Positions 41,901 through 51,073 of a stretch of 64,000 nucleotides of DNA are shown here, in pieces. Origin of the DNA: an uncultured Planctomycetaceae bacterium (GTDB taxonomy: Bacteria; Planctomycetota; Planctomycetia; Planctomycetales; Planctomycetaceae). Location: assembly GCA_963976765.1 (NCBI GenBank), contig CAXBME010000020.1, positions 1-64,000 of the forward strand, written 5' to 3'. Below the pieces are notes generated by a model. It was not told the DNA's origin. It searched no databases and saw only the letters and a list, made by a program, of their open reading frames with translations. The stretch's first letter is position 1. Every line of letters starts with the position of its first letter. The position numbers and the translations under genes are program-made.

Positions 41901-43410
41901 TTGCAATGTCCTCGTTCAGGGAATAATCGAGCCGCAGATTTCTGGTCGCGTCGATTCCATAGAAGTCGCTGATGTCAATCGTGGGAGCAATCGACGCGAA
42001 GAAGATCTCCAGTGTTTCGTCCGGAAACGAGCCCGTGAATGCAGAAAACACAATGTGTTTTCCGTCTCCACTGACGGTTGCGAATGAGACGGGATCGGAG
42101 ACGCCAACACCAGCTAACACGCCAGTAACGGGCAGAAATGGAACGTCCTGTTCGACACCGTCCGATGTGTCGAAAAACGATAGCCGTCCTGGTCCCGTAT
42201 TCGACCCTTGCAGAAACGTCACCTGTGTTCCATCCGCACTGGCTGACGCCTGGAACGGAACCAGGTTCGAACCACCGCCGCGAAATTGCTGGTCGGGAGT
42301 TTCTGTGAGGACTGTCCGAGTCTCATTGGGAATATCAAACTGAATTACTTCCCGGCTGACGTTCCTGAAAGTAGTGACGCTTCCATCAATTTCGACGCGT
42401 TCGGTCTCGTAAACAGGCTTGTCCTGCATGGATACCAGGACTTCCGTTCCGCCGGCATTGACGGAGACTACATCAGCGTTGATATCGAACTCCGCATCGG
42501 TCACCTGAATGGTCTGACCGGTTCCGGCATCAAACAGAAACACCTGACGATGTCGATCCGGGTTATTTCCCACGAGGTCTGCATCGGTTCGAAATGCCAC
42601 ACTGTTTCCGTCGCCACTGATCGCGATATCGAATCCGATTTCCGGTGACAGCCCCGGCACCTGAGTGGTCGGGCCGCCGCCTGCGGACATTAGATACACG
42701 ACTCGGACCTCACTGCTATTGTTGCCCGTCAGGTTCGCGTCGGACGCAAACGCCACATGGGTACCATCCGAATTGATCGCCAGTTCATAGAAGCGGTGAA
42801 GGCTCGGATCGAGATTGTCCGTCAGCCGAGTGGTCGTGCCTGTGTTGAGATCCCTGACCGCGAGAAAGCTCCTGCGAACCAGCTTGTCCTGAGACGGGTT
42901 CGCCGGGTCTTCTTCGAGCACATCTTCAAACGCGACATAGGCAATGCGCGAACCGTCATCGCTGATGACCGGCAAAGGATCAATGGCCGGTAAGAAGGAA
43001 TTGAAAGGCGGAGCCGGCGTATCTGTCAGCTGATCAATGTCGCCAGTGCTCGTGTCGAGCAGGAAGACCTCGTAACCACCGTCTGGATTCTCACCGTTCT
43101 GTTTCAATCTTGATGAGAAGACAACCCGTGAGCCATCGCCACTGATCGACAGTTGCTGCCTGTGATCGAGTACGTCATCCCCAAAATCGGTAAGCTGTGT
43201 GACGTTGAACGCGGCGAGTAATGTCCGATCTTCGAGCTGTTCCACTTCCGTAATGCATGCCACATCAGCACCACCTGAGGTGCAGTCAGCAACGGCAGCT
43301 GCCGGCTTTCGACGGATATGCTCAAAATGTGACCGACGACGAATGCCCGCGCCGCGTAACAAGCGATGAGGACGACCAAACATCGCATGAAAACACTGTG
43401 AGATCAGCAT
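35947..43410 (-). CDS. Giant extracellular protein (2487 aa): planctomycete export motif, TolB/PD40-like propeller, RTX Ca-binding repeats, FG-GAP integrin-like propeller
   Basis: VEQLEDRTLLA; repeated ISGDG..VxF units; dozens of GGxGxDxL nonamers; six GDxDGDG..DLAVG FG-GAP repeats. Confidence 0.9.
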   Translation of the reverse strand: MLISQCFHAMFGRPHRLLRGAGIRRRSHFEHIRRKPAAAVADCTSGGADVACITEVEQLEDRTLLAAFNVTQLTDFGDDVLDHRQQLSISGDGSRVVFSSRLKQNGENPDGGYEVFLLDTSTGDIDQLTDTPAPPFNSFLPAIDPLPVISDDGSRIAYVAFEDVLEEDPANPSQDKLVRRSFLAVRDLNTGTTTRLTDNLDPSLHRFYELAINSDGTHVAFASDANLTGNNSSEVRVVYLMSAGGGPTTQVPGLSPEIGFDIAISGDGNSVAFRTDADLVGNNPDRHRQVFLFDAGTGQTIQVTDAEFDINADVVSVNAGGTEVLVSMQDKPVYETERVEIDGSVTTFRNVSREVIQFDIPNETRTVLTETPDQQFRGGGSNLVPFQASASADGTQVTFLQGSNTGPGRLSFFDTSDGVEQDVPFLPVTGVLAGVGVSDPVSFATVSGDGKHIVFSAFTGSFPDETLEIFFASIAPTIDISDFYGIDATRNLRLDYSLNEDIATSGQFRFFASLEAFGDTHVRGVGADLGTLTVSPTAISGSGGSMQLIGESGAGTALDAGNHTLEFDVDLVPGLAAALANSDVQQIFVEFDQESTVTSSEHIAAVSEAEDDEVAPFRGFFRADGSDVLVVRTGPESQGATIGNGDASGTLALSIDYDTGDGPLMKSATVDIQTNPIMSVLVLASDSNDFIHVESDVVIDTVIRARDGINLVAGGSGDDDIKGGDNLDVLIGEGFGLDATGLRAFLESLSDAPERELQLASISLAAVGEGNDTIDGAGGFDILMGGPGTDRIFSRDGGGILLGDSIRAEVALNVNFVPLFNADSFSAAQDALVSALNFSAGVVLDGAGNDTIFGGSGLELVIAGAGDDLFEAIDPDGFSGGLVDVIFGNDGSDDINGERTDFTITFGGADDDVIVGGRKGSFQMGNGGHDVLRGQSFVDVLIGDTLDFDGNTNVGAALRGLSEGRFSLGIDIRTVDEDQAGDDVLIGSGGFDVLLGGSGDDILEGGTGVGLLFGDSFDLSASLNLDFGELEASSQGESEDVSQSKSSGFFAKAAALLSANSSFELKGTGNDHITGSYGFGVLGIDVAFGGAGNDRMFTGGGVVDVFFGNDGDDTIKGGGSYTQLDQLLSQAGSVTGLRELANRRRAGEELRVSALQASSFSILVGGHGSDVLQASSDDFQLDTQTVGSILIGDTFEFSEIPTTPLGILNTVTFEFINIVNVVKLPVFFQFKTGLVQKGDGDDVLQGALNGVNVLVGGDGNDQLTGHGFFDVLMGDSLNLGAEIKLDFRGLSLSKSLEENFEAIDTTFELPGLAGTGDDTIQGSDGFTLAIGGDGADDIRDEGGSLDLLFGNDGNDTIQGGSGFNVIVGGRDSNTGPPGDGVRIGDILNGGLNATNVILGDTFQFGTKSLFSLDALRDGDVHVTAALAPAGMGDDIINGGRNLNLIIGGHGDDFITGGDGTNVILGDALLIGDVYNFSSNFLEAAKNLLFGDPNAALNSALAALGLTGAGNDEIRGGNDTDVLLGGGGDDVLLGGGNGIREFDFLVGGDGNDTVNGEAGDDIVFGGPGDDELRGGTGNDHLESEGGDDRFFGEAGDDRIFGGAGNDSLYGGSGNDELFGEDADDLLDGGTGQNVITDNQGNNTIVSTPAPITGFQTIGDGVGGLPENTLEPYDGFGGSTAGIGDIDGDGIPDVAVGSYDSVRILLLNDDGTVKASTKIADGEGGLPDDVLNERVDSLGLQVYDQFGASIAGIGDRNGDGIPDIAVGTPALSETPVPGSIYVLYLNNDGSVKDHRRISDGVGGLPEGTVESDFRFGRAVVSLDDIDGDGFDDLAVSSGTYGPSLDVHVLRLNADGTVKANSRIADGVGGLPAGSVSSQDGFGSSLASLGDLDGDGVTDLAVGAPRESNGGGYYAGAVHLLFLNTDGSVKSNAKIADGTSGLTTGTVSSRDNFGNAISFLPDRDGNGVPELAVGAKSAGDGTVHVLSLNGDGTIQSSFTIGDASGETPDGLGSPGFGTAVAAIGDVNGDGAADLAVTSVSFSSPNELNVIFLGASTSQSATITLQNEGRNLELLGDGPELVLRDQQGAELIRLDTSRLEEFEIIGSEGPDAVTILGTGLVTTPVLFNGNGDDDRFDASSATVAVTLNGGAGNDTLLGGNDDDVLSGGAGTNELSGGGGTDTLRVTGNSRLQVSVTTASGAGADTHSGFEQAILVAGAGNNRLDATEAPFPVTLLGNGGNDTLLGSSMADYLVGGDGIDFVEITGTNIVLTDASDSDLNSDILNSVEGVQLTATGPGSVIDASGYTRGPLTIIGSFGNDTLTGGTGDDLIFAGSGNDIVNGGAGNDLIAGNSGRDSLYGGTGNDTILGGRGRDNIDGGDNDDSLFGGGGRDSIDGVDGADTIFGGSGPDNIAGGLGADMLNGVERDDTFDAIVGRDTLLGGQRPSGRSAPVSTDQEPAGKEEMPIFQNSLAYIEKIDEAFGKLVLPALLEF

Positions 43411-43720
43411 GAAGTCCAGCTCACTGAGATCAGGCGGAAAATCTTTAGGGAATTATCATCAATGCGGTCTCGTCGGAGTGGCAAATGTGTTACGGATTGC
43501 CTGAACCGCCACCGCGCGACGCCTTTATTTCTGATTCCGTCGCATCCTGAGAGACGTCAGGTCGCATACCGACGGCCATCACTGGCATCGATTGTCGAAT
43601 TGCTACTAATTCAAATCAAGTGTGTGTCTCAAACTACTGAGTTGGCTAAACAGGACGTCGCCGATACTGGAAAAATGTCATGCTTGATCTGTTCTCCGAA
43701 TGCTGGCCCGATTTTGATGT

Positions 43721-43990
43721 TGGAATTCCGGTGAAAACCGAAATCTGGAGATGGGGGCAGAGTGATGAAGAAGAAGCGTTACGCCGAGGAGCAGATTGCG
43801 TTTGCTTTGAGTCAGCACGAGTCGGGGACGGCTGTTTCTGAGATCGTCTTCCGAGATCGTCCGGAAGTCGGGAATTTCCGAGTAGACGTTTTACCACTGG
43901 AAGAAGAAGTATGCCGGGCCTGGTGTTGCCGAGCTGCGGCGTCTGAAATAACTCGAAGAAGAGAATTCAAGACTGAAGCAGCTGGGGCCG
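43721..43990 (+). mobile_element. Degenerate IS3-family remnant (OrfA pseudogene)
   Basis: MKKKRYAEEQIAFALSQHESGTAVSEI, then a short duplication and frameshift, then RKSGISE*TFYHWKKKYAGPGVAELRRLK*LEEENSRLKQL. Confidence 0.8.
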
Positions 43991-44094
43991 ATCGTTCCCT
44001 GCGTGACCATCGTCTTCCGCAGTGAGTCCAGCAGGGGAAAATTCGCATATCGTGTCTGTACGACGGAGATGTGCCGCGATTCGACGGGCGGCGA

Positions 44095-44325
44095 CTCGGG
44101 CGATGGTTCTTCATGACCTCATAGAACGTTTCGCGATAATCATAATTCCCAAGCGCCAGATTCGCGTCGATCTGTGCCTCACGCAGCGACGCAACCAACT
44201 CGGCGAAGTGCCGGTAGTCTCCAGGTTGACCGTCTTTGAGGGCGAGGTCTCCGTTGATCAGGAAACATGCCGGCTTTGCGTCGCGTTGAACCGGCTCAGT
44301 GACGACCTGACGCAGGTGAGTCGGA
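44095..44325 (-). pseudogene. Internal fragment of a calcineurin-like metallophosphoesterase
   Basis: FLINGDLALKDGQPGDYRHF...LALGNYDYRETF (GD motif and degenerate GNHD); both ends are missing. Confidence 0.6.
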
Positions 44326-44352
44326 ACGGGCGACGTCGGGGATGCGGTTCAT

Positions 44353-44637
44353 TTATTCGTGAGGTGCAGAAGATTCGATGACTGCGAGTACGGTCGGCTG
44401 ATCCTCGCGTTTGTTGCGTGAAACTCTCTGATCGGCCTCCTGCAACGCAAGAATGTCTGACTTCACGTCTCCCATAATGCGAGCTATGCGGTCCAGATCG
44501 ATTTTTCTGTCGACCCCTTCACCGTGGTGAATGTTGTAGCTGAGTACCCGAAGCCGAATGGTGTCCGACTCTCCATGTGCCACGCTAACGCTCCACATCA
44601 CCAGCAAGTTGAACCACGAAGTCAAAACTACTTTCAC
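44353..44637 (-). pseudogene. N-terminal fragment of an endonuclease/exonuclease/phosphatase (EEP) family protein
   Basis: Signal peptide, then LRVLSYNIHHGEGVD...DILALQEAD; ends after about 90 aa. Confidence 0.7.
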
Positions 44638-44751
44638 AACATCACCCCCTCAAGAACTGAGTCAGAATCCGCAGATTCTATCCGTGTAGAAATTATCCAG
44701 ATAGAATGCGTTCGATTTTGAGCCATCACCTGAATCGGAGTCTGGACCGCT

Positions 44752-45786
44752 ATGAATGTTACGCTGATGTCGCTGCTGCTGGCTGCGTTCCCCACGCAGA
44801 ACGTCGACTGTGAGGACTCCTCCCGGCAGGACGACAAGCCCGCTGGGATAGTAGATCGAACCAGCGACGTGTTTCTGTTGCCGTACTTTCTCGGCAACGG
44901 AGAAACCGGCGTCTACTTCGCCTTCAGCCACGACGGCTTGAAGTTCGAGTGGCTCAACAACGGCAACGTCGTCATGCCCGCTCCGCCGTGGGGTGATGAG
45001 AGCCTCACACGTGACCCGTCGATCGTTTACCGCGACGGCACATTTCACATGGTATGGACGACGAGCTGGAACTCACGCAGCATCGGCTATGCGTGTTCCA
45101 AAGACCTCGTCACGTGGAACGAGCCGAAGAAGATTGATATCTGGGGTGGTCGCCAGGACGTTCGCAATACATGGGCGCCCGAGCTGCACTGGGATCCGGA
45201 GAAGAAAGAGTTTCTGATCCTGTGGAGTTCCACCACGCTGGCAGAACTCAATGACGGCGACGGCAGCGAGGACAAGCACGGCTACGACCACCGCAGTTAC
45301 GCCAGTCGGACGAAGGATTTCAAGTCGTTCACAAAGCCAGCGCTGTTCTTCAGCCCGCAGCCCGAGTTCAGTGTCATTGATCCCTGCATCGCTCACGATG
45401 ACCGAGGCACGAACGACCCAGGTGACGATCGATGGGTCATGGTCGTCAAGCACGAACGCGCCGAGGATCAGGGGGGAAAGAATCTGCGACTGACCTTCAG
45501 CAGGCACATGCAGGGGCCGTACGAAACGACACTCGGTCCGCCCATCGTCGGAGCCGGTACCAGCATTGTGAACCAGATGGGCGAGGGACCTTCTCTCTTC
45601 AAACGCAACGGAGAGTGGTTCCTCTACTGGGACGCTCCCGGCAGCGAATTCTCGTACTGTCTGGCCACAAGCCGTGACCTGATGACCTGGAAAAACCGCT
45701 CGGCCGAAATGTCGCTACCGGCAAAGCAGATGCGTCACGGAACGGTCCTCGTCGTCCCCGCTCAGGCTGTGCGGATGGCACGCTGA
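44752..45786 (+). CDS. Glycoside hydrolase, GH43-like five-bladed beta-propeller
   Basis: Motifs TRDPSI, HMVWTT, TWAPEL, VIDP, EGP and RHGTV. Confidence 0.8.
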   Translation: MNVTLMSLLLAAFPTQNVDCEDSSRQDDKPAGIVDRTSDVFLLPYFLGNGETGVYFAFSHDGLKFEWLNNGNVVMPAPPWGDESLTRDPSIVYRDGTFHMVWTTSWNSRSIGYACSKDLVTWNEPKKIDIWGGRQDVRNTWAPELHWDPEKKEFLILWSSTTLAELNDGDGSEDKHGYDHRSYASRTKDFKSFTKPALFFSPQPEFSVIDPCIAHDDRGTNDPGDDRWVMVVKHERAEDQGGKNLRLTFSRHMQGPYETTLGPPIVGAGTSIVNQMGEGPSLFKRNGEWFLYWDAPGSEFSYCLATSRDLMTWKNRSAEMSLPAKQMRHGTVLVVPAQAVRMAR

Positions 45787-46094
45787 CGCCAGGCTCTGGC
45801 CCGTGCCGCCAGTAGCGATCTTTTGTTCCGCAAAGTGCAAGACATTTCGAGTCTGCATCCCCTCCCCACGGTTTCGACCACCGTGGGCCTGTTCTATAAG
45901 CTCCCAAAAAAGTGGCGAGTTACGTCAATCACAAAACGCCGAGATGCCAACTATGGTGCCATGTTCCGAACAGACCCGAAGGGCGATTGGCACTCAGAAT
46001 GGGGATTTGACGAATTATTTCGTAGAGTGACGGAAGGCAGGCATTTCAAACATGTTCCGGGGAAATCGCGAACGCGTGTGAGAGGCATGCCGGG

Positions 46095-46961
46095 ATGCTC
46101 GCGTCAGAGACTCAGCGATCACCAAGCATATGGAGAAATTGCCTCTTGAATCCTCGCATCAGTCTGATCGGTCGTATTGGAATTTTCGCGTTGAGCGGCC
46201 TGCTGTTGTTCCTTCCCGTGCATGCGCTGGTTTCGGAAAAAGGCTTTGTCGGGGACACAGGGATTCCGTTGCCAGGAATCGCCGTCGCATTGATCTGCAC
46301 GGTCTATACGATATTTGGATGCCTGGGCATGTGGGTCAGCCTGATTTACAAAGCCCGCACACTCAAGGAACTGGACGAAGAAGCTGTGCTGACGTCACGC
46401 GACCAGCCGTCGCTCGCGCCTGATGCCATCGCCTGTCGTTACTCGCTCGGTACTAAAGCCGGCGGCGTTTTCGTCGACAAAAACGCCCGTCTGATCTCAT
46501 TCCAGAATTGCCACACGCCACGCGGTTTTCTGACTTCAACCGACGAGTGGTTCACCTGTCCGATCACGGAAATAAAACGCGTGCATGATTCAAACGTGTA
46601 CAAGGCCGGCCGGTGTCTGACCATTATCACCGGAATCGGGGGCGTACGAATCCCACAGACGCTTGCGGACTACTCGGATGTCCGCGACACGCTGAGACGG
46701 CTTGTGGCCCAGAACGACCCCGGCTTCCTGCTGCATGACCCAGCATTCCAGATTGCTCTGGGACTGGTGATCGCTGGCGGTGGGTTTCTCGGTGTCTTCG
46801 CTGGCTGGTGGTTGTCACCCACAAACGCGACCGATTCGATACTGGCTGTCTGCATTGTGGGCGGGACGACACTGGGTGTCGTGGCCAGCTTACTTCTGAC
46901 GTCGCTGGCAGACCGCTTCCTGCAATCAAAGTTTCGAACCCTTCAGAAGAAACCGGAATGA
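46095..46961 (+). CDS. Hypothetical membrane protein (about 4 TM segments)
   Basis: 288-aa ORF with two N-terminal and two C-terminal hydrophobic segments; start uncertain. Confidence 0.55.
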   Translation: MLASETQRSPSIWRNCLLNPRISLIGRIGIFALSGLLLFLPVHALVSEKGFVGDTGIPLPGIAVALICTVYTIFGCLGMWVSLIYKARTLKELDEEAVLTSRDQPSLAPDAIACRYSLGTKAGGVFVDKNARLISFQNCHTPRGFLTSTDEWFTCPITEIKRVHDSNVYKAGRCLTIITGIGGVRIPQTLADYSDVRDTLRRLVAQNDPGFLLHDPAFQIALGLVIAGGGFLGVFAGWWLSPTNATDSILAVCIVGGTTLGVVASLLLTSLADRFLQSKFRTLQKKPE

Positions 46962-47082
46962 CGAACCGGCCACATGAACGCACCAGTCAATTCTACCTGC
47001 CGACTGGTGAACTATGCGGTTCCTGGAACATTCAGGAAAGACGCCCACTGCACCACAGCAAGGCCCTCAACCAGCCAAATGA

Positions 47083-47295
47083 CACCCAGCCGGCACACGG
47101 TTTCTCGGCAGAATCTGCAATCGGTGTCCAGCGACCGTCGAGTCAGTCAGCAAGGTACACCTTGCAATAGCGGTGGCCATTCTCCTCGATGATCGTCAGA
47201 TACTGTTCCGAACTCTTGATGCGGTAGGCGTTGCTGGCCTTGAAGGTTTTCGGTCGCAGAGCAATCTGGCAGTCGCGGAAGCCCTTGGGGGAACT
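47083..47295 (-). pseudogene. Fragment of a GH62-like arabinofuranosidase
   Basis: PKGFRDCQIAL..TFKASNAYRIKSSEQYLTIIEENGHRYCKVYLAD*LDGRWTPIADSAEKPCAGW resembles the GH62 EASxxY...YLxIxE...LDGxW pattern; internal stop. Confidence 0.55.
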
Positions 47296-47411
47296 CGTCA
47301 ATCGTCGTCCACAACCCGGTGCTGTACTACGTCTCTGATGACGCGTCTTACTTCTTTCATGTCCGATCACTCCGGAGTCGTAACTGAGGTCACCGCAGCG
47401 TCTGTCTTGCC

Positions 47412-48665
47412 TTACCAGAGCGGCAGCCGATTCGCCTTTGACCATTTGATCCGGGCCAGCAGGACGTCTCCGCGATAGCCGTTGCGGGGCATCCATTCGC
47501 CGACGGTGACCCATGACTCGTCCGGGCTGACGTTGGTCACGTTGAAGTTCCCCATCAGGGCGACGCGGTCGGGATCGTTTACTCCGTCACCGACCAGCGG
47601 CAGGACGACGCGTTCCGTCGAGCGAATCAGGCATTGCTTCTCTGTATCGACTTGCGCGACCCACAGCGGCGAACGCCAGCGAATGACGCCGGTGTTCGAC
47701 TTGTCTTTTCGGGTATAGACCAGAAACAGCCCGTCGCTGTGAGTCAGCCAGTGCTGCTGCGTTGTGGACATGTCCAATGGAGTACCGTCGTCCCACGCCC
47801 AGGCTCGCTTGTCCTCCCAGTTCAGGCCGTCCTCGCCGACACTGACGTAACCGCGACTGTCTTCTGCGCGAATCGTGATCCAGAAGTGTTCCCTGAACCG
47901 CGTGACGCTTGGTTCAAGCAGTCCGCGTCCTTTGAGGTTGAGCAACGGCGCACCAACCTCCTTCACTTTCAAATGGCTGCCGTCGAACGTGGCATGCACT
48001 CCGGCCACCATCCGATGCTCGGCCTTCGGGCCGAACGTGAACGACATCTGCACGTCACCGTTGGGCATGATGACCCGCTGCCCACAGTTGTTGGAGTAGA
48101 TGTGGGCTCCGCGCGGATCGTCCCACTCGAGAATGCGGCGAGGCGACCACGTGCCGTCTTTCGATCGCGTCACATAGACCGGGTAGCGTGCCAGTTGTTC
48201 GTTGCGCGCGAAGTACGCTCCCTTGTAAAACACAACGTGCCCAAGCGCGATCACCGTTTCGGTTTGAGGATGGTATTGCGGCGTGACGTCGCAAACGGCC
48301 GCCCTCAGATCATCGGCCCGGCCGGGAATCTGATCGCGGCCCAGAGCTGCGATCGGTTCCGGCTCGCTCCACGTTTTTCCGAGGTCGTCGGATGTCGACC
48401 AGTGCACCTGACCGAAATAGTCCGAGCCTCCGATCTCCTGCAGATTCATCAGAGCGATCGGGCGACCGTCCGGCCCCGGCAGCATGCACGCTCGCGGATG
48501 AAACCACGTCCGGCTCTTGCCGTCTCGATTGCTCCACAGTGTTTCCTTCGAGATCGACGCAATCAGCGGCTTGTCGTCGGCTTGTGCTGTCGTTGGCAAA
48601 TACGTTGTCGCTCCGAACACCAGCAGAGCAGTCAGCAACAGTCGAGCAGTCAGTTGAGTCGCCAT
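47412..48665 (-). CDS. Secreted sialidase-like (BNR/Asp-box) protein
   Basis: Signal peptide; Asp-boxes STSDDLGKTW and RSKDGTW; GLLEPS. Confidence 0.78.
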   Translation of the reverse strand: MATQLTARLLLTALLVFGATTYLPTTAQADDKPLIASISKETLWSNRDGKSRTWFHPRACMLPGPDGRPIALMNLQEIGGSDYFGQVHWSTSDDLGKTWSEPEPIAALGRDQIPGRADDLRAAVCDVTPQYHPQTETVIALGHVVFYKGAYFARNEQLARYPVYVTRSKDGTWSPRRILEWDDPRGAHIYSNNCGQRVIMPNGDVQMSFTFGPKAEHRMVAGVHATFDGSHLKVKEVGAPLLNLKGRGLLEPSVTRFREHFWITIRAEDSRGYVSVGEDGLNWEDKRAWAWDDGTPLDMSTTQQHWLTHSDGLFLVYTRKDKSNTGVIRWRSPLWVAQVDTEKQCLIRSTERVVLPLVGDGVNDPDRVALMGNFNVTNVSPDESWVTVGEWMPRNGYRGDVLLARIKWSKANRLPLW

Positions 48666-49100
48666 GTCGTCGGTTACTCCCGTTCAATGAGATCAGGCGT
48701 CGCTTCGTAAGCGTTTGCCGGATGCCGAGCGATCTCTGGATCAATCAGTTGCCAGTCGCGTCCTTCACGAGTGACATGACCTTCGCGGCGTGTTTGTTGT
48801 AGTCGGGACCATGGTCGTTTCCCACCATCACATCCCAGTAGTGGCGTCCGTGCAGCAGTTCGAGCGTCTGGACAGGCAGAATGTTGCCGGCGACTCCATA
48901 ACGGTGCCGAGTGCCAGGCTCCCACTCGCGGCGACAGTGAGCGATCAGGCTTTCATGCCAGGGTGAAAGTAGAACAGCCGTCGGAAGGCGAGTTTCCACG
49001 GGAAATGAATCTCAGCGGTGTGAACGTGCACGGCCCGGTGTGTCAGATTCTGATCCCGAGGTGTGTTGAAGTCCGGAAGACGCCTTATGCGAGTGCGGCT

Positions 49101-51044
49101 TCAAGCGGATGGAGATTCGAGGGATTCCCAGCGGTCGAACTTTTCCAGCAGCTCCTCTTCAAGCTGATCGAGTTCGTCGGTCGCTGCGGCGATTTCTTCT
49201 CGAGGCTTCTGGTAGAAATTTGGATCGGCCATCAATGCGTGCAGCTCTTTCTGGCGGTTTTCGATTTCTTCGATCCGCTTCGGCAGGGTTTCGAGTTCGC
49301 GCTGTTCTTTGAAGCTCAGTCTTCGTGGTTTGCCGGCCGGTCTGGAATCTGACGGCGGCGCGTCGTTGGTGGAGCTTTCAGCGCTGCCGGATGCCTGATA
49401 CTTCTGTTCGGCCTTGGCTGTTGCCGCGGCCTGCTCACTCGTTGCGGATTTCTGTCGCAGCCAGTCGTCGTAGCCGCCGTCAAATTCGCGGATCACACCG
49501 TCGCCTTCGAACACGAACGTACTGGTCGCGACATTGTTGAGAAACGCCCGGTCGTGGCTGACCAGCAGCAGCGTTCCAGAGAAGTTGGCGAGCAACTCTT
49601 CCAGCAGTTCCAGAGTTTCGGCGTCAAGGTCGTTTGTCGGTTCGTCGAGAACCAGAACGTTGGCGGGTTTTGTAAACAGCCGGGCCAGCAGCAGGCGATT
49701 GCGTTCTCCGCCGGAGAGAAAGCTCACTCGAGTTTGAACTCGCTCAGGCGAGAACAGAAAGTCCTGCAGGTAGCCGACGACATGTTTCCGCTGACCGTTG
49801 ATCAGAACGAAATCAGAGCCGTCTCCGATGTTTTCGCGAACGGATTTTTCTTCGTCGAGCTGTGCCCGCAACTGGTCGAAATAGGCGACTGAGGTATTCG
49901 TGCCGACTCGAACGTTGCCGGATTGAGGCTGCAGTTCGCCCAGCAGAACTTTCAGCAGCGTCGTCTTGCCGACACCATTGGGGCCGATGAGGCCGATACG
50001 GTCGCCGCGAAAAACGGTTGTCGACAGGTCGCGGATAATTGGCTGATCGTCGTAGGCAAAGGAAACGTTGTCTGCCTTGCTGACCAGCATGCCGGACCGT
50101 TCGGCTTCCTGAAGCTGCATCTTCGCCTTGCCGACTTTGTCTCGTCGCTGCCTGCGAACTTCGCGCAGTTCTTTCAGCGCTCGCACGCGGCCTTCGTTGC
50201 GGGTTCGTCGAGCTTTGATGCCCTGCCGGATCCACTTTTCTTCCTCGGCGAGCTTCTTGTCGAACAGCGCCTGCTGCTGCTCTTCGGCTTCGAGCATCGC
50301 GTCACGACGCGTGAGAAACGTGGCGTAATCGCAGGTCCAGTCAAACAGTCGCCCTCGATCGACTTCAATAATCCGGTTGGCCAGGGCCTGCAGAAACGCC
50401 CGGTCGTGCGTCACGAAAATCAGCGTGCCGGTGTACCGCGACAGGAAATCCTGGAGCCAGAGAATCGAATCGATATCCAGGTGGTTTGTCGGTTCGTCGA
50501 GCAGGAGGACGTCGGGTTCGGTGACGAGTGCTCGCGCCAGCAGAACTCTTCGTTTCTTGCCGGCCGAGAGGGAATCGAATGTCTGGTCGGGATCGAGCGA
50601 CATTTCCCGCAGAGTTCGTTCGACGCTGTGGAGAGCGTCCCAGCCTCGTTCCTCGGCTCCGATACGCTCGATGGCCGTGTCGAGTCTTTTCTGCTCATCA
50701 GGTGAAAGTGGGTCTGCTTGTGACTTCAGGTCGAGCGTGCGGAATTCCGCAATGTCAGCGCCAATGTTCGGGATGCCGTCCGCAACCTGCGCGAATATTG
50801 ATCCGCCTTTGGCGTCCGGGACGTGCTGTGTGAGCGACGCCAGACAGGCTCCGGATTCAAGGACTACGGAACCATCGTCGGGCTTGAGTTCGCCGCCGAT
50901 CAGCTTCAGGAGCGTGGATTTGCCGGCGCCGTTTCGACCGACGAGTCCGACTCGTTCGCCACGTTCGATATGGACCGTTACGCCGTCCAGCAGGACTGGA
51001 TGCGAGAACGTAAAGGTCACGTCTTTAATACTGAGTAGTGCCAT
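49101..51044 (-). CDS. uup: ABC-F ATPase, Uup family
   Basis: Two ABC domains, WIRQGIKARRTRNEGRVRAL linker, C-terminal coiled coil LSFKEQRELE. Confidence 0.92.
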   Translation of the reverse strand: MALLSIKDVTFTFSHPVLLDGVTVHIERGERVGLVGRNGAGKSTLLKLIGGELKPDDGSVVLESGACLASLTQHVPDAKGGSIFAQVADGIPNIGADIAEFRTLDLKSQADPLSPDEQKRLDTAIERIGAEERGWDALHSVERTLREMSLDPDQTFDSLSAGKKRRVLLARALVTEPDVLLLDEPTNHLDIDSILWLQDFLSRYTGTLIFVTHDRAFLQALANRIIEVDRGRLFDWTCDYATFLTRRDAMLEAEEQQQALFDKKLAEEEKWIRQGIKARRTRNEGRVRALKELREVRRQRRDKVGKAKMQLQEAERSGMLVSKADNVSFAYDDQPIIRDLSTTVFRGDRIGLIGPNGVGKTTLLKVLLGELQPQSGNVRVGTNTSVAYFDQLRAQLDEEKSVRENIGDGSDFVLINGQRKHVVGYLQDFLFSPERVQTRVSFLSGGERNRLLLARLFTKPANVLVLDEPTNDLDAETLELLEELLANFSGTLLLVSHDRAFLNNVATSTFVFEGDGVIREFDGGYDDWLRQKSATSEQAAATAKAEQKYQASGSAESSTNDAPPSDSRPAGKPRRLSFKEQRELETLPKRIEEIENRQKELHALMADPNFYQKPREEIAAATDELDQLEEELLEKFDRWESLESPSA

Positions 51045-51073
51045 GCGCGGGAGTGTAGCGGCTTGAATCTGAA

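Noticed and set aside
35947..43410. Classical RTX pore-forming toxin with a type I secretion locus
   Set aside because: No HlyB/D/TolC or acyltransferase gene is nearby, and the architecture and LEDR motif fit an adhesin better.
47143..47145. In-frame TGA in the GH62-like fragment as a second selenocysteine
   Set aside because: It is not in a Cys redox motif and most likely arose from a CGA-to-TGA change. The surrounding sequence is a truncated remnant.
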